DNA from: Acidobacteriota bacterium
GTDB lineage: Bacteria > Acidobacteriota > Thermoanaerobaculia > Multivoradales > UBA5704
Direction of reading: 5' to 3'
DNA length: 64,000 nucleotides
NCBI GenBank assembly: GCA_040005235.1
Contig: JBDTZG010000004.1
Location: forward strand, 32,001 to 96,000
The notes under the pieces were generated by a model. It searched no databases. It was not told where the DNA came from and saw nothing but the letters and a program-made list of their open reading frames with translations. Each line of letters opens with the position of its first letter. Position 1 is the first letter of the stretch. Below are positions 9,257 to 17,464 of this stretch, piece after piece. Both the position numbers and the translations under genes were made by a program.

Positions 9257-9436
9257 ATGAAAAACAAGGTCTTCCGGAAGCTTTCCATCTCCCGCGAGAC
9301 GGTTCATCGCCTTGAGGGTCTGGCACTCGAAGGAGTGGTCGGAGCCGCCACCCTTGCTTGCACTACGGTGACCCGACCAGGGTGCTCGGGTTGCGAGAGC
9401 TGCACCTGCCCGACCCAAGTCACCTGCCCTCCGTAG
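9257..9436 (+). CDS. Lanthipeptide-like precursor peptide 2 (59 aa)
   Basis: AAGGAGG RBS; MKNKVFRKLSISRETVHRLEGLALEGVVGA-ATLACTTVTRPGCSGCESCTCPTQVTCPP. Confidence 0.9.
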   Translation: MKNKVFRKLSISRETVHRLEGLALEGVVGAATLACTTVTRPGCSGCESCTCPTQVTCPP

Positions 9437-9474
9437 AAAAGGCGACCGACCGAGACGCTCAGGCGGAACGTTGG

Positions 9475-10776
9475 ATGGGCAGTCACGGCAAGCATTGGGC
9501 TCCGGTGCTTTCGGGCGATTTGGCCAGAGAAGCGCTCGGAGCCGTTGATGACGTGGCAAAGGACCTCCGCCTCACTTTTTGCGCAGATCCCGCCGGCCCG
9601 GCTTGGTCGCACTTTTCTGAGCGCTACGGCTCGCTAAGTGGCGGTCAGGCCGGGCTGGCCCTATTCTTCTCCTACCTCGACCGTTCCCAGCCGGATCGAG
9701 GCAACGACGTAATCGCTGCAAATTGCCTTGACCGGGCGATCGAATGGATGTCTTCGGCAGAGACCAGCGTAGGCCTATTTACCGGATTTGCCGGCGTGGC
9801 TTGGGCTCTCGAGCACCTTCGCGCGGAGATCGTCGATCCGCAGGCCGAAGACTTGGGCGCGGATGTCGCCACATTTCTTTTGAAGCTGGCCGACGAAACG
9901 CCCTGGCAAGGGGAACTCGATCTTATCGAGGGGCTCGCTGGACTCTGCCTCTACGGCCTTGAACGCCTGCCGCTGCCCGACAGCCGGGAACTGATCGAGG
10001 CGACCGCCACGCGGCTTTACGAGGCCGCTGTGATTCGCGACGATGGATCGAGCTGGTTGACCGCGCCCGAGCGGCTGATTCCGATGCGCCGAGGTCAATA
10101 TCCAAACGGAAACTTCAATCTTGGGCTGGCGCACGGCGTACCTGGAATTGTCGGAGCGCTCGCCCTCGCTGAAGCCGCAGGAATCATTCAGCCCAAGAAT
10201 CAGCTCGTGCTGCGCGACGCGGTGCGATGGCTTCGTGGACAGAGACTCTCGCCAGGAGAGAGGTCGCAATTTCCTTCCTGGGTGGGTGGTACCCAACCGC
10301 CGCAGCCGACGCGTCTCGCATGGTGCTATGGCGATCTCGGAATCGCGCTCGCACTTCACGCTGCCGCACTCGCCATCGGCGAGGAGACTTGGGAGCAACT
10401 GGCGCTGGAAATCGCTCGGGGTGCCGCGGTGCGTCCCGCAGACACTTGCGATGTGGTCGATGCGGGTTTTTGTCACGGCGCCGCAGGCCTGGGCCATCAG
10501 TTCAATCGTCTTTTCCAGAAAACGGGAGACGAGCTGTTCAGAGAGGCGGCGGTCTACTGGCTGCGCCTTACGCTCGAGCTCAGGAGTCCGGGCGAAGGGG
10601 TCGGAGGTTTTCGCGCGCGGGGTCCTGATCGCGCCGATCAAGAGACTTGGCTGGCGGATCCGGGCCTTCTGACGGGGGCTGCAGGTGTGGGCCTCGCTCT
10701 CCTCTCGGCCGCAACAGACGTAGAGCCGAAATGGGATCGGTTGTTTCTATGCTCCGCGCGTGACGACGGGTCCTAA
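9475..10776 (+). CDS. lanC: Lanthionine synthetase C (LanC cyclase)
   Basis: GLAHG, WCYG and FCHG Zn/catalytic motifs plus GxxG repeats; probable ATG at 9475. Confidence 0.92.
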   Translation: MGSHGKHWAPVLSGDLAREALGAVDDVAKDLRLTFCADPAGPAWSHFSERYGSLSGGQAGLALFFSYLDRSQPDRGNDVIAANCLDRAIEWMSSAETSVGLFTGFAGVAWALEHLRAEIVDPQAEDLGADVATFLLKLADETPWQGELDLIEGLAGLCLYGLERLPLPDSRELIEATATRLYEAAVIRDDGSSWLTAPERLIPMRRGQYPNGNFNLGLAHGVPGIVGALALAEAAGIIQPKNQLVLRDAVRWLRGQRLSPGERSQFPSWVGGTQPPQPTRLAWCYGDLGIALALHAAALAIGEETWEQLALEIARGAAVRPADTCDVVDAGFCHGAAGLGHQFNRLFQKTGDELFREAAVYWLRLTLELRSPGEGVGGFRARGPDRADQETWLADPGLLTGAAGVGLALLSAATDVEPKWDRLFLCSARDDGS

Positions 10777-13238
10777 GCGCGACGGAGCAGGCTCAGGATG
10801 TCGAGGCGTACGGCCCTCCTCGCCGCGAGCAGGCTTGCCGCGAGCGCGATGCCAAGGAGGGTCAACGCGACGAGCGCAAGGGTCAGCCCGTCTCGCGGTC
10901 CGATTCCGAACAGCAGGCCGCGCAAGAGGCTGGAGACTGCGAGGGTCAGGGCAAGGCCGAGAACCACTCCTATCGCCACCGGTAAGAGGGCACGACCGAG
11001 GATGCCTCCGAGCAGCCTCCCGCGCGTCGAGCCCAGCGCCAAACGAACGCCGATTTCGAGGCGGGCGCTCGCAACGCTGTACGCCGTAAGGGTGAAAGTT
11101 CCCAGCGCGGCAAGGACCAGCGCCAAGACGGCGAAGAAAGCGGACAGCGCCGAGACGAAGCGCTCTCGAGCCAGCGATCGGGAGATCACCTCCCGCAGCG
11201 TTTTGATATCGGCAAAGGCAAGGTTGCGGTCGAGTGCTCCGAGTTGTCGGCGCATGGGCTGGGTCAGCGAACGAGGCGGGATCGTCGAACGGACGGTGAG
11301 CCTCATGGACCAAATCGGGGTTTGCAGATAGGAGGTAAAAACCTCGGGTCGAGCCGGTGCGCTTCCGCCCTCGAGCCTTTCGTCGCCGACGACTCCGACG
11401 ACCTGGTACCACGTACCGTCCCGGGCCTCGGGATCCTCCGCTAGCGAGATGCGGGACCCCAGCGGATTGGCACCGTGGAAGAGCTTCTTTTCGAGAGCGG
11501 CGTTGATGAGTGCAACCTGGGGAGCGGCCGCGACATCGCTCTCCGCCAGCAAGCGGCCCTTCAAGAGCGGCACCTTGAGAACGGCGAAATACCCTCCGCT
11601 CGCGATGCGATGGCTCGTCTCTACGACGCTCTCTCCCGAGGGGCGACCCTCCAGGTAAACGTCGACCGTCTCCTGGAGCCCTTGCGAAGGGAGAGCATCC
11701 ACCCAGCCTGATGCGACGACTCCTGGAAGCGCTTGGCTCCTTTCGAGAAAGAGATGAAAGAAAGAAGTGATTCGGGAAGGGGCGAAATATTCCGCCGGCG
11801 GCAGGGAGATGCGCGCGGTCAGTACTTGCTCGGGGTCGGCCCCCAGGTTCGCCCGCAGGAGATGTGTCTGGCTTTGCCCGAGCAGGACTGCGCTCGCGAC
11901 GAGAACCACGGCGAGAGCGACCTCCAGGACGACCAGCGCCGATTGCACCCGCTTGCCGCCGACATCGGAAGCTTCCTCAGCCAGGCCCATCGCGGCGGGG
12001 TGCTGCATCAGATGGACGGTGCGCAGAGTCGGAGCGATGCCGAGAAGCACGCCCGCCAACAAAGTGAGGAGAAACGCGAACCCTGCCGCGGTGCTGTCCC
12101 AGCCGATCTCGTTGAGTCGTGCTGCGCTTGGGGCCAGGTTCCGCAGAATGGAGAATGTCCAGGTGCCGAGAAACGTTCCAACACCTCCTCCGAGGAAAGA
12201 GAGAAGGAGCCCCTCGCAAAAAAGTTGCCGGCTCATGCGGAAGCGTCCGGCTCCCAGGGCCGTGCGGATGAAGATCTCTCGCCTGCGGCCCACGATCAGC
12301 GCCAGCTGTAGGATTCCCAGGTTCAGGCAGGCGATCAGCAGGACCATTCCCGCCGATCCGAGCGCCAACAGAAGAGGGCGCTGAAGGTTGCCTTGGATCC
12401 ATTCTTTGAGCGGCGTCAAACCGGGTCGTAGCGTGGCATTGGTGGTTGGAAATTCGCGGCTCAGCCGCTTGGCCACCGTCGCCAGATCGAGCTGCCCTTG
12501 CTGAAGCGAAATTCCCTTCCGGAGTCGTCCGATCGGGCGCAGGGAGTGGCCGCTACGAAAGTAAGGGTTCGTCACCTGGCTGGGCTGCCATTTGAAGGGC
12601 AGCCAAACATCCAGATCGGGAAACGGATAGGAGAAACCGTCCGGCATCACGCCGACGACGGTGCGCGAAATGCCGTCAATACGGACGGTCCGTCCTAGAA
12701 CTGCAGGATCTCCGCCCTGCCGGTGCCATAGCCCGTAGGAAAGGAGCACGACGGGAGAATGGCCCTCCCAGCTCTCCTCTTCGCGAAAGACTCTTCCGAT
12801 CAGGGGTTTCGCTTCGAGAACGGAGAAGAAGTTCCCATAGACCATCGCGCCGACGATGGATTGCGGCTCGCCTGCTCCTGACAGCGTCAGCTCGGTCGAC
12901 TGATCCGAGTGAGCGGTAATGTCGAGGAATGCCGACCGCGCTTGGCGATAGTCGAGGAAATCGGCGGGTGATACTTGGACGAATCGCCAATCTTTTTCGA
13001 GATCCTCTTCCCAAACCGCGACCAGCCGGTCGGAGTTGGGGAAGGGCAGGGGCCGAAGCAGCACCCCATTGACCGCTTGGAATACCGCAACGTTGGCGCC
13101 GATGCCCAGCGCCAGCGTGAGCGCCGCGCCAATAAGCTGGCCGAAACGGCGGCGATAAAAGCGCAGAGCGAAAAAAAAGTCTTGCGCCAGACCAAGCCTC
13201 CCCTGACCAGGCGATCGCGCAATTCTCCCATCCGGCAT
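10773..13238 (-). CDS. ADOP-family duplicated MacB/FtsX-type ABC permease
   Basis: QD..FALR...TLALGIGAN.AVF..VNGVLLRPLP; two FtsX halves (RRREI.IR.ALGA and EIGVRLALG). Confidence 0.9.
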   Translation of the reverse strand: MPDGRIARSPGQGRLGLAQDFFFALRFYRRRFGQLIGAALTLALGIGANVAVFQAVNGVLLRPLPFPNSDRLVAVWEEDLEKDWRFVQVSPADFLDYRQARSAFLDITAHSDQSTELTLSGAGEPQSIVGAMVYGNFFSVLEAKPLIGRVFREEESWEGHSPVVLLSYGLWHRQGGDPAVLGRTVRIDGISRTVVGVMPDGFSYPFPDLDVWLPFKWQPSQVTNPYFRSGHSLRPIGRLRKGISLQQGQLDLATVAKRLSREFPTTNATLRPGLTPLKEWIQGNLQRPLLLALGSAGMVLLIACLNLGILQLALIVGRRREIFIRTALGAGRFRMSRQLFCEGLLLSFLGGGVGTFLGTWTFSILRNLAPSAARLNEIGWDSTAAGFAFLLTLLAGVLLGIAPTLRTVHLMQHPAAMGLAEEASDVGGKRVQSALVVLEVALAVVLVASAVLLGQSQTHLLRANLGADPEQVLTARISLPPAEYFAPSRITSFFHLFLERSQALPGVVASGWVDALPSQGLQETVDVYLEGRPSGESVVETSHRIASGGYFAVLKVPLLKGRLLAESDVAAAPQVALINAALEKKLFHGANPLGSRISLAEDPEARDGTWYQVVGVVGDERLEGGSAPARPEVFTSYLQTPIWSMRLTVRSTIPPRSLTQPMRRQLGALDRNLAFADIKTLREVISRSLARERFVSALSAFFAVLALVLAALGTFTLTAYSVASARLEIGVRLALGSTRGRLLGGILGRALLPVAIGVVLGLALTLAVSSLLRGLLFGIGPRDGLTLALVALTLLGIALAASLLAARRAVRLDILSLLRRA

Positions 13239-13299
13239 CGCTCATTATTACGACAGCCGCGCTAGCAGCGCAACGATGCAGCGTTCGAGTTTCGCGCCC

Positions 13300-14422
13300 G
13301 GCCGCCCCAAGGAGGTTCGCTCTACGAGGTGACCTGCCGCACCTTCCAGAGCCGGTTCCTCCTGTGGCCGGGTCCGCTGCTCAACGAGATCATCGTCGGC
13401 GACCTCGGCCGAGCGCAGCGCCTCTACCTGATCGACATCTGCGCGTTCTTTTTTGCCTCCAATCACTTCCACCTCTTAGCGCGGGTCGAAGACAGCGAGC
13501 GCCTCACCCGCTTCATGGGCTATTTCAACTCGAAGCTCGCCCGCGAGATCGCCCGATCGACCGGCTGGCGGGACAAGGTCTTCTCTCGCCGTTACCAGGC
13601 CATCCTCGTGAGCGACGAGGAAGAGGCTGGGTCGGGCGCCTGGTCTACATCCTTTCCCATGGCTGCAAAGAGAACCTGGTCGCCCGCCCCCAGGATTGGC
13701 CGGGAGTCCAATGCGTCACCGCCCTGCTCACCGGCCAGCCGATCGAGGGAACCTGGTTCGATCGCACCAAGGAATGGAAGGCGAGGGTAGGCGGGGAAGA
13801 GTTCGGCGTCCCGCAGTTCGCCGAAACGGAAGTCGTGAACCTCGCGCGCTTGCCCTGCTGGCAGCATCTCTCGGCGGAGCCGTACCGCGGCCGGATCGCC
13901 GAGTTGGTCGAGGCGATCCTCCGGCAGCAACCGTTTTCCCAGCCCGCTAATTAAGACGAAGAAGTCGCCCGCGCCACTCGTCCACGCCGCCTGCAAGCGG
14001 GTCCGTACCCAGATCAGGATCACCTACGCCTGGTTCGTTCGGGCCTTCCGCGAGGCGGCCGAGTACCCGAGAGGCCGGCGACCGGCAGGCGCGATTTCCC
14101 CAAGGATGCTTTCCGCCCGGCTTGCCGTTCGTTCGAGCGGGCCGGTAGGGAATCACACCGGCTACGTAGTCAACATCACCCGCTCAACTCGAAGCAGAGC
14201 ACGCTCGAAGTCCCGGCTGTCAGGCCTGTGGGCTGCGATTCGGCGCCTACGTGGCCGCCACGATCGTCAGCCGGCCCGATCTCCACCTCATTCACCGCCA
14301 TGGGCTGGCGGCGAAGGGGCTCCGTCTCCAACTTCCGGTTGCCACGAGGGGGCCTTTCGACACCCCTTTTCCGGGCTGCAGGCTTCGAGGTGTTCTTCTC
14401 CCAGAAGAGGGTGGCACCTTTT
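13300..14422 (+). mobile_element. RAYT-like (IS200/Y1 HUH) transposase pseudogene (copy 2) with 3' flank and end motif
   Basis: YEVTCRT...SNHFHLL (HUH)...FSRRY...YILSHGCKENLV..P.DWPG, broken by frameshifts; ends CCAGAAGAGGGTGGCACCTTTT at 14401-14422. Confidence 0.85.
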
Positions 14423-14519
14423 GGGGCGGGAGGACCGGGAGGACCACAACCACTCCTGCAAAAGCTTGAAGGGGTGCTAGGCTGCTTCCGTCGGCCACCT
14501 AACGGCTTAGGAGAACTAG

Positions 14520-14672
14520 ATGAAGAATGCAGCCAGGAAATTGACCCTCGCCAAAGAAACCCTCCTGTCCCTCAAGAAGCCAGACCTCACCCATGTGGCC
14601 GGAGGGAATAAGGCCGCGTCCTCTCAAGCATGGCCCGACGGCATCTGCCCGGACTCATACTGTTTCTGCTAG
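14520..14672 (+). CDS. Lanthipeptide-like precursor peptide 3 (50 aa, not in ORF track)
   Basis: AGGAGA RBS; MKNAARKLTLAKETLLSLKKPDLTHVAGG-NKAASSQAWPDGICPDSYCFC. Confidence 0.82.
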   Translation: MKNAARKLTLAKETLLSLKKPDLTHVAGGNKAASSQAWPDGICPDSYCFC

Positions 14673-14830
14673 AGAACTCCAGCGAGGTGCCTTGAAGCTT
14701 CCAAGGGCCCCGCCTGCTCCAACCCGAACTCCCTCTCTGCTCGTGTCCGGGTCGAGCAGAGAGATTCTGCACCTTCTGCGATTCGGGTTATTCCAGAACC
14801 GGCTGGCACGCTTTGCTGCGGGCTCTTCTC

Positions 14831-15773
14831 CCAGAAGAGGATGGCACCTTTTCCGGTTGGACAAGGTCTTCTCTCGCCGTTACCAGGCAATCCTCGTGAG
14901 CGACGAGGAAGAGGCCCAGGTCGGGCGCCTGGTCTACATCCTTTCTCATGTCTGCAAAGAGAACCTGGTCGCCCGACCCCAGGATTGGATTGGCCGGGAG
15001 TCCAATGCGTCACCGCCCTGCTCACCGGCCAGCTGATCGAGGGAACCTGGTTCGATCGCACCAAGGAATGGGAAGCCAGGCTTCGCGGCGAAGACTTCGG
15101 CGTCCGGCAGTTCGCCGAAACGGAAGTCGTGAACCTCGCCCCCTTGCCCTACTGGCGGCGTCTCTCGGCGGAGGAGTACCGCGACCGGATCGCCGAGTTG
15201 GTCGAGGCGATCGTTGAAAAAGCCGCAGCTCGGCGATCCGAGACGGGAATTGAACCCCTCGGCCGGGCAGCGATCCTCAAGCAGTACCCGTTCTCGCAGC
15301 CGACCAAGACCAAGAAGTCGTCGGCGTCGCTCGTCCACGCCGCCAGCAAACGGGTGCGTACCCAGATCAGGATCACCTACGCCTGGTTTGTTAGGGCCTT
15401 CCGCGAGGCAGCCGAGTACCTGAGAGCCGGCGACCGGCAGGCGCGCTTTCCGCAAGGATGCTTTCCGCCCGGCTTGCCGTTCGTTCGAGCGGGCCGGTTG
15501 GCGAGCACGCCGTCCACGTAGTCAGGATCACCCGCTCAACGCGAAACAGAGCCCGCTCGAAGTCCCGGCCGCTTGGCCGGTGGGCCGCGATTCGGCGTCT
15601 ACGTGGCCGGCACGATCGTCAGCCGACCCGATCTCCACCTCCTACCGCCATAGGCTGGCGGCGAAGGGGCTCCCTCTCCAACTTCCGGTTGCCACGAGAG
15701 GGCCTTTCGACCCCCTTTGCCGGGGCTGCTGCACTTCGAGGTGCTAGTCTCCCAGAAGAGGGTGGCACCTTTT
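14831..15773 (+). mobile_element. RAYT-like transposase remnant (copy 3, 5'-truncated), bracketed by end motifs
   Basis: Motif at 14831-14852 and 15752-15773; the coding part starts at DKVFSRRYQAIL and is frameshifted near 14990. Confidence 0.85.
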
Positions 15774-15774
15774 G

Positions 15775-15899
15775 GGTTCGATGAGCGGCGGTGGGAAACG
15801 GAACTGCGGCCGAGACTGAGGCACCGGCATCCACGCGAAAGCCGCCGGTCAACAGCGACTCCCTCGAACTACAGCCACCGCGCCCGCCGTCGGCTGTAC
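15775..15899 (+). mobile_element. Group II intron 3' remnant (3' half of DV plus DVI)
   Basis: GGTTCGATGAGCGGCGGTGGGAAACGG...CTACAGCCACCGCGCCCGCCG..CTGTAC, homologous to 17207-17325. Confidence 0.8.
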
Positions 15900-16159
15900 C
15901 CTTTTGCCGCACCTTTTGCCGGAACTTGCCGAGCTGTACGGCAAGCCTTTCCAGTTCTTCTTGGAGTAACAAAGGGCACAAGAAAAGAAAAATAGCCCCC
16001 AGATCTTCGGAGAGCTGCGCTGTTATCACCTGCAACATAGTGCTCAAAGATTTCGTGATCTGGATCCCAGCCACTCTATTAGCGAAGGCATGTTTATTGC
16101 TCCCGTATCTTCGTCTAGTCGGATGTCACGAAAGGCGCCTACTCTCGAAAAGAGGTTCT

Positions 16160-16423
16160 ATGAAAACCTTCGGTCTTCTTCTCTGCATGCTTCTAGTAGC
16201 CGGAACTCTGATGGCAACCCCAATTCTCGCTCCGACCGCGATTGAGGCCTCAGCCATCCCATCCCCTGATCTTCAGGCGATCTTCAGCAAGATGTCGTGT
16301 CAGACTAGTGCCGTCAACGACCCGGTAAACGAGAACGTATCGCCGTCGCAGTGCGGTCGTTGCTACTGCGACCCGGGACAGGCGTGCCATCTCTTTGCCG
16401 ACGGCTCGTGCAGCTGCGGCTAA
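16160..16423 (+). CDS. Small secreted Cys-rich peptide (signal, pro-region, Cys core)
   Basis: MKTFGLLLCMLLVAGTLMA...DLQAIF...QCGRCYCDPGQACHLFADGSCSCG; AGAGG RBS; followed by a hairpin. Confidence 0.7.
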   Translation: MKTFGLLLCMLLVAGTLMATPILAPTAIEASAIPSPDLQAIFSKMSCQTSAVNDPVNENVSPSQCGRCYCDPGQACHLFADGSCSCG

Positions 16424-16441
16424 CAAGCATTCCAGAACCAT

Positions 16442-16479
16442 CAGGCCAGCCCCGGGGGTCACCTCCTGGGGCTGGCTTG
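16442..16479 (+). terminator. Strong GC hairpin after the Cys-rich peptide gene
   Basis: CAGGCCAGCCCCGGGGG..CCTCCTGGGGCTGGCTTG inverted repeat; the U-tract is weak. Confidence 0.55.
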
Positions 16480-16514
16480 GTCATAGCTCTTCAACGTAGT
16501 GCCGAAGGTGCCAC

Positions 16515-17325
16515 GAGCGTCGGATGCGACGGCCGTGCCCTCCCCGGCCTCCCCAGGCCTCGACAGTTTCTCGTTGGAGCCGACCCTGCTGCCATAAAGG
16601 GAAGGCCGTCGGAGAGCGGGGGAGCAACCGACCGAAGAACCCGTTCTCTCCAACCGGGGCCGCCAGGCGGAAGCAAGTCTGGCGCTGGTCTCGCAATGGC
16701 TGGCGACGCTCGGTCTGACGATCCATCCCACCAAGACGCGCCTCTGTCAGGCCCGCGAAGAGCAGTTCGACTTCCTGGGCTACACCTTCGGTCCGGCACG
16801 GCACTGGCTGACCGGGAAGAGATTCCTCTCGGCCCGGCCCTCGAAGAAAGCCCAAAAGCGGCTCAAGGAAAAGATCAACGCTCTGGTCTATCGGGGCAAC
16901 CCCACGCCCTGGCCGGAGCTGCAAGCTCGGCTCAATCAGCTCCTGAAGGGCTGGGCCGGATACTTCAGCTTTGGCCACACTGGGCAGGCCGATACGGCTA
17001 TCCGGTGGCACGTCGCGGGACGGGTACGGCGGTTTCTCTGTCGTCGGCACAAGCTCCCTCCAGGAACCGGCCACTTTGGATTCAGCGAGGTGTACGGCAA
17101 GAAGGTGGGGGTGACCGACATCCGCCAGATGCGCCTGCAACGAAGGCCCGTGCATGCTCGCTTGTGAAGTCCGTCCGAGAGCCGGATGCGGGAGATCCGC
17201 ACGTCCGGTTCGATGAGCGGCGGTGGGAAACGGAGCTACGGTCAGGAGATTGAGGCACTCGCAACCGAAAGGGCGAGAAACAGATGGGCCTGACCTACAG
17301 CCACCGCGCCCGCCGCCGACTCTAC
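16515..17325 (+). mobile_element. Internally deleted group II intron (part of DI, C-terminal RT/maturase, DV, DVI)
   Basis: Frame 16643-17167 encodes VLSNRG...LGLTIHPTKT...FDFLGYTF...LNQLLKGWAGYF (RT6-7 and X domain; YADD deleted). DV GAGCCGGATGCGGGAGATCCGCACGTCCGGTTC at 17179-17211; the intron ends CTCTAC. Confidence 0.9.
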
Positions 17326-17464
17326 CCTTTTGACGGGAAGTTGGTGTATCTTGACGCCTCTAGATCCCGGATGCGCCTGCCCGTTGCGTGGAAGACGGCG
17401 TTCGCGCCTGTGGACTCGGAACCCACCGGGGTTCACTAGATCTGCGAAAGGAAGGAGGCTGTTT

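Noticed and set aside
16442-16515. Class IIC intron inserted after a terminator
   Set aside because: The intron 5' end is missing, DV is full-length with an AGC triad unlike IIC, and the EBS1 and 3' exon evidence point to a sequence target.
16351-17253. 300-aa ORF in the track
   Set aside because: Off-frame shadow of the intron remnant; the RT/maturase homology is in the 16643-17167 frame.
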